DNA of 64,000 bases from Candidatus Methylacidiphilales bacterium (lineage in GTDB: Bacteria; Verrucomicrobiota; Verrucomicrobiia; Methylacidiphilales; UBA1321): the NCBI GenBank assembly GCA_021272165.1, contig JAJSLK010000047.1:39379-103378 (forward strand), written 5' to 3'. The notes under the pieces were generated by a model. The model was given only the letters and a program-made list of their open reading frames with translations, did no database searches and was not told the origin of the DNA. Position 1 is the first letter of the stretch; each line of letters begins with the position of its first letter. A program made the position numbers and the translations under genes. Shown one piece after another: positions 52,268-61,451 of this stretch.

Positions 52268-53560
52268 TCAGGTGGACGACTTCTTTTTCCGCGGCAGGAT
52301 GTCTGCGCCCGAAAACGTAGCCTTGTCTCCGAGCGACCGGGCGATGCGCAGCACCTCGTTCCATTTGGCCATGCGTTCGCTACGGGTGAACGACCCGACC
52401 TTAAGCTGGCCGGCATTGGTGGCGACGGCGAGGTGGGAGATGAAGGCGTCCTCGGTCTCGCCCGAGCGGGCGCTGACGACCGGGTTCCAGCCGGCCTGTT
52501 GCGTGAGGCGGATGGCGTCGAGAGTTTCGGTAACGGTGCCGATCTGGTTGAGCTTGATGAGGACGGCATTGGCGAGATTTTCCGCGATGCCTTTTTTCAG
52601 GCGCGTCAGGTTGGTCGTGAAGAGATCGTCACCAATGAGCTGCACATTCGTCCCGATGGCGGCGCGGACTTTTTTCCAGCCGTCCCAGTCGGTATCAGCC
52701 ATCGGGTCCTCGATGGAAACGACAGGATATTTTTCGCACCAGCTGGTCATCAATTCCGCAAAGGCGTCGGAGTCAAAGACGCGGTTCTCGAGCCGGAAGC
52801 GGTAAAGCCGGTCGGCCTCGTCGTAAAGGTCGCTGGCGGCAATATCGAGGGAGATGGAGGCCTCGACACCGGGGGTGTAGCCGGCACGTTCGATGGCACG
52901 GAGGAAGGTTTCAAAGACCTCCTCATTGGTGCGAAATTCGGGCCAGTAACCGCCTTCATCAGCCACGCCAAAATAGGTGCCGCGCTCGCGCATGAGGTCA
53001 CCCGCGGCGTGAAAGACGTTGAAGGTGATTTCGAGGGTTTCCTCGTACGATTTCGCCCCGGTGGCGATGACGAGAAAATCCTGCACGTCGGTGCGCCAGT
53101 TGGCATGGGCGCCGCCGCCGAAGATCTGGATTTCGGGTAGCGGCAGGAGAGTGCCCTTGCCCAGGGAACGGAAGAGCGGCAGTCCCCGTCCGGCTGCGGC
53201 TGCGGCTGCTGCGGCCATGGAAACGCCGAGGATGGCATTGGCTCCGAGACGGCTTTTGTCGGGTGTGCCGTCGAGGGCGATGAGCGCCTCGTCGAGGCCG
53301 CGCTGGTCGAGGGCGTGGAGGCCGATGACGCGCGGGGCGATTTCACGGTGGATGTTCTCGATGGCCCGGAAGACCGATTTGCCGCGAAAGCGCCCGGCTT
53401 GTCCGTCTCGAAGTTCAAGCGCCTCGAATTGCCCGGTCGACGCGCCGGAGGGAACAAGCCCGCGTCCTTTGGCGCCGTTGTTGAGCGTAACTTCCGCCTC
53501 AACGGTCGGGTTGCCGCGGGAATCGAAAATTTGGAAGGCGGAGACGGCTTGGATTTTCAT
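52268..53560 (-). CDS. eno: Divergent enolase paralogue
   Basis: DSRGNPTVE, PSGASTG, DEGG, SIEDP, GDDL, IKLNQIG; non-canonical QDF and SARSGETED. Confidence 0.88.
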   Translation of the reverse strand: MKIQAVSAFQIFDSRGNPTVEAEVTLNNGAKGRGLVPSGASTGQFEALELRDGQAGRFRGKSVFRAIENIHREIAPRVIGLHALDQRGLDEALIALDGTPDKSRLGANAILGVSMAAAAAAAAGRGLPLFRSLGKGTLLPLPEIQIFGGGAHANWRTDVQDFLVIATGAKSYEETLEITFNVFHAAGDLMRERGTYFGVADEGGYWPEFRTNEEVFETFLRAIERAGYTPGVEASISLDIAASDLYDEADRLYRFRLENRVFDSDAFAELMTSWCEKYPVVSIEDPMADTDWDGWKKVRAAIGTNVQLIGDDLFTTNLTRLKKGIAENLANAVLIKLNQIGTVTETLDAIRLTQQAGWNPVVSARSGETEDAFISHLAVATNAGQLKVGSFTRSERMAKWNEVLRIARSLGDKATFSGADILPRKKKSST

Positions 53561-54546
53561 AAGATTCGGGAGCGCCACTGGACCAGGAGTGTATCGAAAT
53601 CCGGCGCGGGATTCAGCAGGGCCTCGACGGCGAAGGCGCGGACGATCTGCTGTTTCGGGGGTTGAAGGTATTCGACTGGCGATTTGCCGTCGACGCGGGC
53701 GAGAAGGATCGCGGCGAGCAGGCGCGCGCAGCGGGCTTCGAGCGTGGGCGTCATCCGGTTTCCCAGCGCGAGGGAGTAGGCATTCCACGCGGCCCGCGCG
53801 GTCTCCTCCTAGGCGGTCGGGTGCGGCGCATGGTGCAGACCCTTGAGGAACAGATGGGTCATCAGGAATCCGACATCGAAGGCGGGTTCGCCAAACCAGG
53901 CGACCTCGGCATCAAGCAGCATCATGCGGTTATTTTTGATCAGCAGGTTCTTCGGGCTGAAGTCGCCATGAACCAGGCAGACGTGGCAGTCTTCCAGGCG
54001 GCTGGCCTCGGCGAGGAGAATGGAAGCGGCTGCGGGACGGTGCGTGGCGGCGGTACGCAGGTAGGGATCGGAGCGGAGCTGGCGGAAATTTTCCGTCGTA
54101 TCGAATTTTTCCCGCAGGCGCGCGTCCTGCCATGTGGAGGCATGGAGCTTTCCCATGAGCCGGCCCGCAAGTGCGCCATGTTCCGGCTCGATGATGCCTT
54201 GCAGGAGCAGTTCCTTCCAGTTTTGCCAGCCGTCTTCGAGGCATTCCATCGTAAAATAACCGCGCGCGGGATTGTGGAAATAGACGCGGGGCACGGAACC
54301 GGCCAGCGGTTCGGTCATCGTTTCGTAGAAGGCATACTCCACGGCGTTGCGTCCGACGTCGGCGCGCCAGTCGGCGGCCACGCGCAACTTGGCGAGCGCG
54401 CGCTTTACGACAAAAGTTTTTGTACCCTGCGTGACTTTGAGGATTTCGGACGAGACGCCGCCGCCCAGCGGAACGAGCGTCGCCGGGCCGGCGGAGAGCT
54501 GGCCGTCCTCACGCAGCAGGCTTTCGATTTCCCCGGCTGCGTTCAT
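53557..54546 (-). pseudogene. APH/MTR-kinase-fold phosphotransferase interrupted by an in-frame TAG at 53809-53811
   Basis: LGGGVSS, VVKRAL.KL, LVHGDFSPKNLL, LLDAE; the frame resumes EETARAAW...LLARVDGKSPVEYL to 53557. Confidence 0.8.
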
Positions 54547-56021
54547 GCGAGAGGCCGGGCGATGGTTGCGTCGCGCAGGTAATCGTAGAACGTGGCGGGG
54601 CTGTTGACGCCGCCGCCGAGGCCGCTGCGGTTGACGCCGCCATAAGGCAGTCCATACGCGAAGACGTTGTGGGCGTTGACCCAGTTATTGCCGGCGACCA
54701 GGCGCTCGGCCACACGATTGGCGCGGGCGAGGTCGGTGCTCCACACGCTGTTGGCCAGGCCATAGTCGAGGCGGTTGACGATCTCGACCGCCTCCGCTTC
54801 GTCGCGGAATTTCACCAGGTAGGCGGCGGGGCCGAAGATTTCCTCGCGGCAACAGACATTTTCGGGCGATCCGGCCAGCAGCCAGGGTTTGACGAAAAAG
54901 CCGCCCTTCGCGTCCCGGACTTCAGCCGGGCCGCCATCAAGAACCACGTCCGCGCCCTCCGCCTTGCCCCGGCTGAGGTAGCCGAGGATGCGGTCGCGCT
55001 GCGTGGCGCTGACGACGGGCCCCATCTGGGTTTCGGGATCGAGGCCGACGCCGATCTTGGTCGCCTTCAACGTCTCGGCGGCCTGCTGGGCGAGTGAGTC
55101 GAAAATTTTCTCATGAACAATCCAGCGCGTGGCGGTGCAGCAGACCTGCCCGGTATTAAAGGTGATGGCCCCGGCGAGTTGCTTCGCCGTGGAAGCGACA
55201 TCGGCATCGTCGAAGACCACCGCCGCACCCTTGCCGCCGAGTTCCAGTTTGGAGGGGATGAGGCGGCGACCGCAGACCTCGCCGATCTTGCGCCCGACTT
55301 CAGACGAGCCGGTGAACGACATGCGGCGGACGAGCGGATGGGCCGTCAGGGGGGCGCCGACTCCGGCCCCGTCGCCCACCACGACGTTGACAACGCCCGC
55401 GGGGAATCCGCATTCTGAGGCTAGTTGCGCCACGTAGAGCGTGCTTAGCGGCGTGACTTCCGAGGGTTTGACAACGACGGTGTTTCCGGCGGCCAGCGCG
55501 GGAATGATGCCCCACAGCAGTAGGTCGAAGGGAAAATTCCACGGGAAAATGAATCCGCAGACGCCGTAGGGCGCGCGATGGACGCGGGCCTCGATATTCT
55601 TGATGGCGAGCGGCATGTCATATTGCGCCTGGGTGGCGAGGTCGGCGAAATAGCGGATGCAGGCGATGCCGAAGGGAATGTCGAAGCCCTCGGTCGCGGT
55701 GATGGCCTTGCCGACGTCGAGGCTTTCGATCTGGGCGAGCACCGCGGCCTCTTTTTCCATGCGCTCAGCCAGCCGGTGCAGGAGGATGGATCGCTCGACC
55801 GCGGGCCGCGCGGCCCAGGCGGGGAAGGCGTTTTGCGCGGCCGTCACCGCCTGGTTCACCTCGGTTTCACTGCCGTAGGCGACTTCGGCCAGGACAGAAC
55901 CGTCGACGGGATTAATGACCGCGCGCGTCGCGCCGCCGGGATGCCGACGGCCGTTGATGAAGTGGGGAAGCGGGGAGGCCTTGAGAAACTCGGCCACGGC
56001 GGGGAGGAAGGGCGTTTTCAT
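54543..56021 (-). CDS. NAD(P)-dependent aldehyde dehydrogenase
   Basis: PWNFP, KPSE, FTGS, LELGGK, NTGQVCC, EEIFGP, PYGG. Confidence 0.94.
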   Translation of the reverse strand: MKTPFLPAVAEFLKASPLPHFINGRRHPGGATRAVINPVDGSVLAEVAYGSETEVNQAVTAAQNAFPAWAARPAVERSILLHRLAERMEKEAAVLAQIESLDVGKAITATEGFDIPFGIACIRYFADLATQAQYDMPLAIKNIEARVHRAPYGVCGFIFPWNFPFDLLLWGIIPALAAGNTVVVKPSEVTPLSTLYVAQLASECGFPAGVVNVVVGDGAGVGAPLTAHPLVRRMSFTGSSEVGRKIGEVCGRRLIPSKLELGGKGAAVVFDDADVASTAKQLAGAITFNTGQVCCTATRWIVHEKIFDSLAQQAAETLKATKIGVGLDPETQMGPVVSATQRDRILGYLSRGKAEGADVVLDGGPAEVRDAKGGFFVKPWLLAGSPENVCCREEIFGPAAYLVKFRDEAEAVEIVNRLDYGLANSVWSTDLARANRVAERLVAGNNWVNAHNVFAYGLPYGGVNRSGLGGGVNSPATFYDYLRDATIARPLA

Positions 56022-56031
56022 GGGGCGGAGG

Positions 56032-57048
56032 TTAGTAATGGAGGATGGTGTGAGTGATCTGCAGGTCGTCTTCGAGCGAACGTTTGGCAGGAAGCTTTTG
56101 TTTCTGCAAATCGCGGTGGTAGGAGCGGACAGCTTCGGCGGGATCGAGTCCCTCGTCCACGACGAGGCGGAGATGGCGGATGAAGGCGAGCGGGTCCTCG
56201 GCTTCCTTGATCTTGCGTCCATAGAGCGCGACGCGGGCGCCATATTTTTGCGCATCGGCCAGGAGCTTGAAGGCGTCAAGCGTGGTGCCCGCCCCGCCGC
56301 CGAGAATGCCGACAACGACTGAGGGATCATAGTTGACCAGTTCCTCCAGCCAGCGCGGGCCGTGATAGGCGATCTTCAAAAACTGCGGGCGGCCCGGGGC
56401 CGGCACGGCAGCCAGGGTGCGGACGATGCTGTCATTGACGAAGGCGGGAATTTGCTCGGCGGTCAGACCCGCATCGGTATTCGGATCAAAAACCTCGAGG
56501 AAATAGCGGAAGCCCCGGCGTTCGGCCTCGGCGCGGAAAGCGCGGAAGGTCTCGAGGTTGGCGTGGTCGGTGGCGAGGTCGTTGGTGAAGGTGATCGAGT
56601 AGAGGCCGAGATTGACGGTAGGCGGGTCCTGGCGCGAAGTGGCCAGGCCGCCAAACTGCGCTTCCTCGATGTAGCAGGTGGAGAAGGCGCGCGAGGGCTG
56701 CTGGCGGTACCTGGCGCCGCGGGCGATCCAGACGTCGGTGGTATCGTTGGCGCGGATGGCGGGGGTGACCGGCGAGTGGTCGAAGAGCCGCTCCTCGTGC
56801 GCCAACTGGTGCATGACCGAGACGGAAGCCAGCATGATGTCGACAAGTTCCTGCCGAACGATCGCGCGGATGTCCTGGCAGAATTCCGGCATGGAGCGGA
56901 AGGGGCGCGCCGGATCGGCCGGCCAGGGTGAACCGGGGCTGGCGATGCCCCAGGCCATGTCGGCGTCCTTCGCGTCGGCGAGGATGAAGGTTTTGCCGCC
57001 GGAATTTTGCCGGATGGCCTGCAGTTTTTGATCGAGGGATTTCTTCAT
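56032..57048 (-). CDS. Uncharacterised class I (DhnA/LsrF/LacD-like) aldolase-fold protein
   Basis: FLEVF, FLKIAYHG (candidate Schiff-base Lys), ILGG, YGA...GRKI...DP...EA; fold assignment is inference. Confidence 0.62.
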   Translation of the reverse strand: MKKSLDQKLQAIRQNSGGKTFILADAKDADMAWGIASPGSPWPADPARPFRSMPEFCQDIRAIVRQELVDIMLASVSVMHQLAHEERLFDHSPVTPAIRANDTTDVWIARGARYRQQPSRAFSTCYIEEAQFGGLATSRQDPPTVNLGLYSITFTNDLATDHANLETFRAFRAEAERRGFRYFLEVFDPNTDAGLTAEQIPAFVNDSIVRTLAAVPAPGRPQFLKIAYHGPRWLEELVNYDPSVVVGILGGGAGTTLDAFKLLADAQKYGARVALYGRKIKEAEDPLAFIRHLRLVVDEGLDPAEAVRSYHRDLQKQKLPAKRSLEDDLQITHTILHY

Positions 57049-57986
57049 GTGGAAAGTTTGGAGCGGAGTTCAGGGGAAAGGGCGGAAAGGTTTTCGTGGC
57101 GCAACGATTCACGCGTGGGCAGTTCGGTGCGGCCGCCCATTTTCGCGGCCACGCGGCTCGCGATGAACGCGGCGAATTCGAGCCGCAGCGGCAGCGCCCA
57201 GCCGTCCAGCAGCGCGGAAGCATAGGCGCCGTGGAAGGCGTCGCCGCAGCCGGTGGTGTCGACGGTTTTTACCGGGAAGATGGGCTGGTGAATGACGTTT
57301 CCGCCATCGAGGGCCCAGGCGCCGCGCGGGCCGTCGGTGACGGCGAGCTGAGCCTTGGTCCACGAAGCCAGCGCGCGCAGAGCGTCGCCGGGTTCCTTTT
57401 TATCCGTCAACCGGCAAGCCGCGGCCAGCGGAAGGATGGCGTGGGTTCCCAGTTCGAGCAGTCGGCGAAGGACGGAGGGATCACCCGCTTCCAGATCGAG
57501 CACGGAAGGCACCCCGGCAGCGCGAGCGATTTCCAGCATGGCCAGCGCGGCTTCGGTCTCATAACCATCGGCGAGGACGAGCCGCGCCGACTTGATTTTT
57601 TCCGGCGGGATATCGTCTTTGCGGAGAAAATGGTAGCGGCTGAGATTATAGAAAACAGTACGCTCGCCGCTGGCCGGATCGATTTCGACAACGGCGACGC
57701 CCGCGGAAGCCTCCGGATCGGAAATGATAAGCTGGTCGGAGACCCCGCAGCGTGTGAGCTCGGCGCGGGCGATGCGGCTGATGGTGTCATCGCCCAGCCG
57801 GGCCACGTAGCCGGTTTTCCATCCGAGCGAGCCAAGAACACATGCTGCGTTGCCGGCGGGCGCGCCGCCGGTGACGAGCAGGTCCGCGACTTCGTGCTTT
57901 TCGCCACGGTGGACTTCGCCCGGCAGGCGCACGAGAACATCCACAATTACCAGGCCGGTTGTGATGACGTCGAAGGAAGCGTTCAT
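57045..57986 (-). CDS. PfkB family carbohydrate kinase
   Basis: GGAPAGNAA, G.D, GERT, VTDG..G, VDTTGCGDAFHG. Confidence 0.93.
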   Translation of the reverse strand: MNASFDVITTGLVIVDVLVRLPGEVHRGEKHEVADLLVTGGAPAGNAACVLGSLGWKTGYVARLGDDTISRIARAELTRCGVSDQLIISDPEASAGVAVVEIDPASGERTVFYNLSRYHFLRKDDIPPEKIKSARLVLADGYETEAALAMLEIARAAGVPSVLDLEAGDPSVLRRLLELGTHAILPLAAACRLTDKKEPGDALRALASWTKAQLAVTDGPRGAWALDGGNVIHQPIFPVKTVDTTGCGDAFHGAYASALLDGWALPLRLEFAAFIASRVAAKMGGRTELPTRESLRHENLSALSPELRSKLST

Positions 57987-59488
57987 ATACTCAGTCCGCT
58001 CGCCGCGGGATGGTTTTCAATCGGGACGGTTTCCACGCCGAGCCAATGGTTGAGCATCGCGAGGTCCTCATTCCAGTGGCCGTAGCCGAGGCTCCAGTGA
58101 TGGTCCAGGCCCCGGGAAAGAATCGTTCCCATGATTTGCGTCGCCGTGGCCGGGGCCTTCGGCGCGAGCGAGCACCAGCTGCCGCGGAAGGGCGCGGGCG
58201 AGTCGACCAGTTCGCCCTCGAAGGCGAAGAAGCGCGCAGCATCCGGTGATTGATAGCGCACCACCGTGGCGGGGCCGAGGGCCAGCAGGAATTCGATCAT
58301 CATGCCCACCGCCGTGGCCGGATCGCCGTTTTCCAGGATGGAATGTCTGGTCAACGCATAACGGAAGCCGGGCTTGAGAATGCGGGTCGCGCACGCGCCG
58401 CAATGCCAGATGCCGATACGGTTGGCGGCGGCGTCCAGCGCAGAGAGGTCCATCAGGACCGGAACCGCGGCGCCCTCGCTGAGCAGGTAAAGTGCCAGCG
58501 AGGAAATCAGCCCGTTCATTTCGCCCTCCTCCGCGGTGCAGAAGCCGGCGTCGTTGAGCATCGACACTGCACCGTCAATCGCGCAGCCGTAACAGTCAAA
58601 TAATTCGGGCCAGCTTTTGAATGTGCAGCCGAGATAGCCTTGTTCCGCCCCCAGCGTGTAGAGGGCCAGGCCGAAGCGGAGCGTCTGCAAGATTTGCGCG
58701 TCGGGCACGTCGACTTTTGCGCAGCGGGAATCGTGCGTAAGCGTATTGGCCAGCAGCTTCACGTCGCTTTCCGGAAATTGTTTGGCTTTGCGATGGATCG
58801 CCTCGATGTCAACCCGGTCGAAACGGAGCCCGAAGCGCTTCATCACGGCCAGTTCGTCGGTCTCCCCGTCGTAAAACGCCGTGACGCGGCTGCCTCCCGC
58901 ATGGAGAACTTTGGCGTGACGGAAGCGGTCGCGCGTGCGCACACTGCGTCCGAAGCGCGCCAGCGTCGCCGCGGCTGATTTTTCCAGCGGCCCATGCATC
59001 CAGGCGTAGCGGACGCCCAGCCGCTTCCACATGCCGAGCAGGAAATTCTGGCAGCATAAGCTGTTGGCCGAGAGCCGCTCGGCGGGCGGGTCGGGGAATG
59101 ACCAGCTCAGCACCGGAACATTGTGCTCCGCCAGCCAGCGCCCGAAATGGGAGCCGATTTCCCCGGCGGTATAAGAGGCGTGGAAGAGGACGATACCAGC
59201 CAGGCCCTCCGCCAGCAGCTTGTCGGCAAAGGCCAGCAGTGCTGCGGGATCCTCATAGGGTTCGGGCGCGGAGACGATGTCAAAGAGGTTCGGATCCAAG
59301 CTTTCGCGCGCCAGCCCGATGGCGCCCTGGTAGCGACGGCAGGCATCGGTGAATGGAAAGTGGATTTTGACGCAACAACCGAGCACGGCGATTCGGCTGC
59401 GACCGGGCTTGGGCAGAGGAGGCGCGATTTTGACCAACGCCTCTGTAAGCACGCCTTTTTCCGGAAGAAGGGGGGAAGTGGGAAGCAT
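57983..59488 (-). CDS. L-fucose/L-arabinose isomerase-superfamily protein
   Basis: NSLC, KSWPE, EGE, WHCG and GLDHH metal-site motifs; start uncertain. Confidence 0.75.
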   Translation of the reverse strand: MLPTSPLLPEKGVLTEALVKIAPPLPKPGRSRIAVLGCCVKIHFPFTDACRRYQGAIGLARESLDPNLFDIVSAPEPYEDPAALLAFADKLLAEGLAGIVLFHASYTAGEIGSHFGRWLAEHNVPVLSWSFPDPPAERLSANSLCCQNFLLGMWKRLGVRYAWMHGPLEKSAAATLARFGRSVRTRDRFRHAKVLHAGGSRVTAFYDGETDELAVMKRFGLRFDRVDIEAIHRKAKQFPESDVKLLANTLTHDSRCAKVDVPDAQILQTLRFGLALYTLGAEQGYLGCTFKSWPELFDCYGCAIDGAVSMLNDAGFCTAEEGEMNGLISSLALYLLSEGAAVPVLMDLSALDAAANRIGIWHCGACATRILKPGFRYALTRHSILENGDPATAVGMMIEFLLALGPATVVRYQSPDAARFFAFEGELVDSPAPFRGSWCSLAPKAPATATQIMGTILSRGLDHHWSLGYGHWNEDLAMLNHWLGVETVPIENHPAASGLSI

Positions 59489-59605
59489 GAATCGCCAAGT
59501 ATCCATTGCAACTTTTACGAGCGCTATTGAGATTCGGGCCAAACTTGATACTTTTAGAGCTTAACAGGTGCTTATTTTTTTGTTTGAGGCCCCACATCCA
59601 TTATC

Positions 59606-60517
59606 ATGAAGGTATTATTTGAGAAGGTGCCGCGTCCGTCCGGCGCCTCGTTTGCGTGCATCGAGTACCGCGGGCGCGTCTTTGATTGCCCCTATCACCG
59701 GCATCCGGAAATCGAAATCCTGCATATCGAGAAAAGCATCGGGAAGGTCATCGTGGGCGATGCGACGGGAAAATTCCGGCCGGGCCAGCTTTACCTGTTT
59801 GCCCCCAATCTTCCCCATCTCTTTTATAACGACACGCCGGTTAGTTTCCGGCGCGGTTGGGCGCAATCCCGCTACGTGCAGTTCCTCCCTGATTGCCTGG
59901 GAACGGAATTCTGGGACCTGCCTGAAAACCGCCGCATTGCGCGGCTGCTGCAGGACGCCGCCCAGGGCCTGCTTTGGGAAGGCGAGACCGCGCGGCAGGG
60001 GGCCAAGTTTTTCTACCGGCTCTTTGCGGGACGGTTCACTCATCGGATCGCCCGGCTGCTCGATCTGCTCGATTTTCTGGCCTCCGCCCGCGGCGGAAAG
60101 CCGCTGGCCAGCGCTGGTTACCGGCCAGTCTCCGACGAGGAAGCCCCGGAACGCATCAACCGCATCCTGCTCTACGTTCATCGCAACCTCGCGGAAACCA
60201 TCGAAATGGAAAAGGCCTCCGCGCTCGCCGGTCTCTCGCCCTCCGGCTTCAGCCGCTTTTTCCGGCGCTCTATTGGGCGGTCTTTCATGGATTACGTCAT
60301 CGAGCAGCGGATTTCCGAGGCCCGGCGGCTGTTGATCGAGACCGATCTTACCGTGGCCGAAATCTGCTTCCGCTGCGGGTTCTCCAACCTGTCGAATTTC
60401 AACCGCCACTTTCTCTCCCGATGCGGCCATGCGCCGATGGCGTGGCGGCGCGATGCGGTTTCGCATGGCGGCGTCCGAATCCAGGGTACGGCAGTTAAGA
60501 GCTCGTTTTCCGCCTGA
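59606..60517 (+). CDS. AraC family regulator (cupin + HTH), divergent from the catabolic operon
   Basis: HRHPEIE, PNLPH, FSRFF, CGFSNLSNFNR.F. Confidence 0.93.
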   Translation: MKVLFEKVPRPSGASFACIEYRGRVFDCPYHRHPEIEILHIEKSIGKVIVGDATGKFRPGQLYLFAPNLPHLFYNDTPVSFRRGWAQSRYVQFLPDCLGTEFWDLPENRRIARLLQDAAQGLLWEGETARQGAKFFYRLFAGRFTHRIARLLDLLDFLASARGGKPLASAGYRPVSDEEAPERINRILLYVHRNLAETIEMEKASALAGLSPSGFSRFFRRSIGRSFMDYVIEQRISEARRLLIETDLTVAEICFRCGFSNLSNFNRHFLSRCGHAPMAWRRDAVSHGGVRIQGTAVKSSFSA

Positions 60518-61202
60518 TCGCGGCCCGCACCGCCATTTCCACCCAGCAGGCGACGAGAATGCTCAGGAGGACTCCCACAATCACGGTAATGATCAGATTC
60601 AGCGCCGGATTCGATTTCTTTTCATCGGAGGGGACTGCGGCGGGGGTGATGATCTGGACCGGTAATTGGGCACCGGGTTGGAGAACGCTCCCTGGGTCCA
60701 TTTGATTCCGCAAGTCCCGGTACTTCTCGCCGATGGCATTGGCGACCTCGGCCGCTTCCTTCGGCTCATCACCCGCGAAATGTATGAGGATGATATGAGT
60801 GCCCGGTTTGGCCTCGATTTTCAGCCGCCAGCGGATGTAGTCGAGCGATTCAGTGTCACTCATCGGTGGTTCGGGCGTGTCGAAGATGCGTTCCGCCCAG
60901 ACCCGGTCCAGACCCTTATCTTTGACAATCGCCAGCAGGAAGCCTGGCGATTCCATGGCGTTGATGTCTTCCTGGAGGGGAGACACATGCAGAAGGTCCG
61001 CCTCAATCTGTGGGATCTTGCCGGGGCTTTTCCCGGGTTCGACCTTGATTTCCTCCGTGGCGATGTATCCCGTCGCCAGCGTCTCGGAAACGAAGAAGGT
61101 GCCGAGCAGCGTTAGGGCGAAGACAATGAATGCAACCGTCAGCCATCTCATCGTCATCGCGGCGGGATGAAGCGCGGGATGTCCGTGGGAATGGGCGGCC
61201 AT
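60495..61202 (-). CDS. Wzz/GumC-like two-TM protein
   Basis: TM, Y.AT..IKV, P.EAAEVANAI...Y, V.II.PA..P, TM. Confidence 0.7.
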   Translation of the reverse strand: MAAHSHGHPALHPAAMTMRWLTVAFIVFALTLLGTFFVSETLATGYIATEEIKVEPGKSPGKIPQIEADLLHVSPLQEDINAMESPGFLLAIVKDKGLDRVWAERIFDTPEPPMSDTESLDYIRWRLKIEAKPGTHIILIHFAGDEPKEAAEVANAIGEKYRDLRNQMDPGSVLQPGAQLPVQIITPAAVPSDEKKSNPALNLIITVIVGVLLSILVACWVEMAVRAAIRRKTSS

Positions 61203-61297
61203 GAGGTGGCGCCAACTTATCTCCCGCTGGATGGAATAGGTAGTATTATTTCACCCGGATAAAGGTGGAAATCGGAACACTTTCTAATCCAAAACTA

Positions 61298-61437
61298 TGC
61301 GCCATTTTGGCGCTTAACCTGGGACGGATTGGCATCCTTTTCAACGATTTTGAGGTTGTATCTAAATGCATATTCGTATGTAATAACCTAATAGTAAAAT
61401 ACTTATAAAATAAACAACATCCCGGCCCATATCCTGC
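61298..61437 (+). promoter_or_regulatory. Putative sigma54 promoter region of dnaK (enhancer-like palindrome, AT-rich tract, -24/-12)
   Basis: TGCGCCA-TTT-TGGCGCT at 61298-61314; GG-N10-GC at 61424-61437. Confidence 0.5.
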
Positions 61438-61451
61438 AGGGCAGGAGTACT

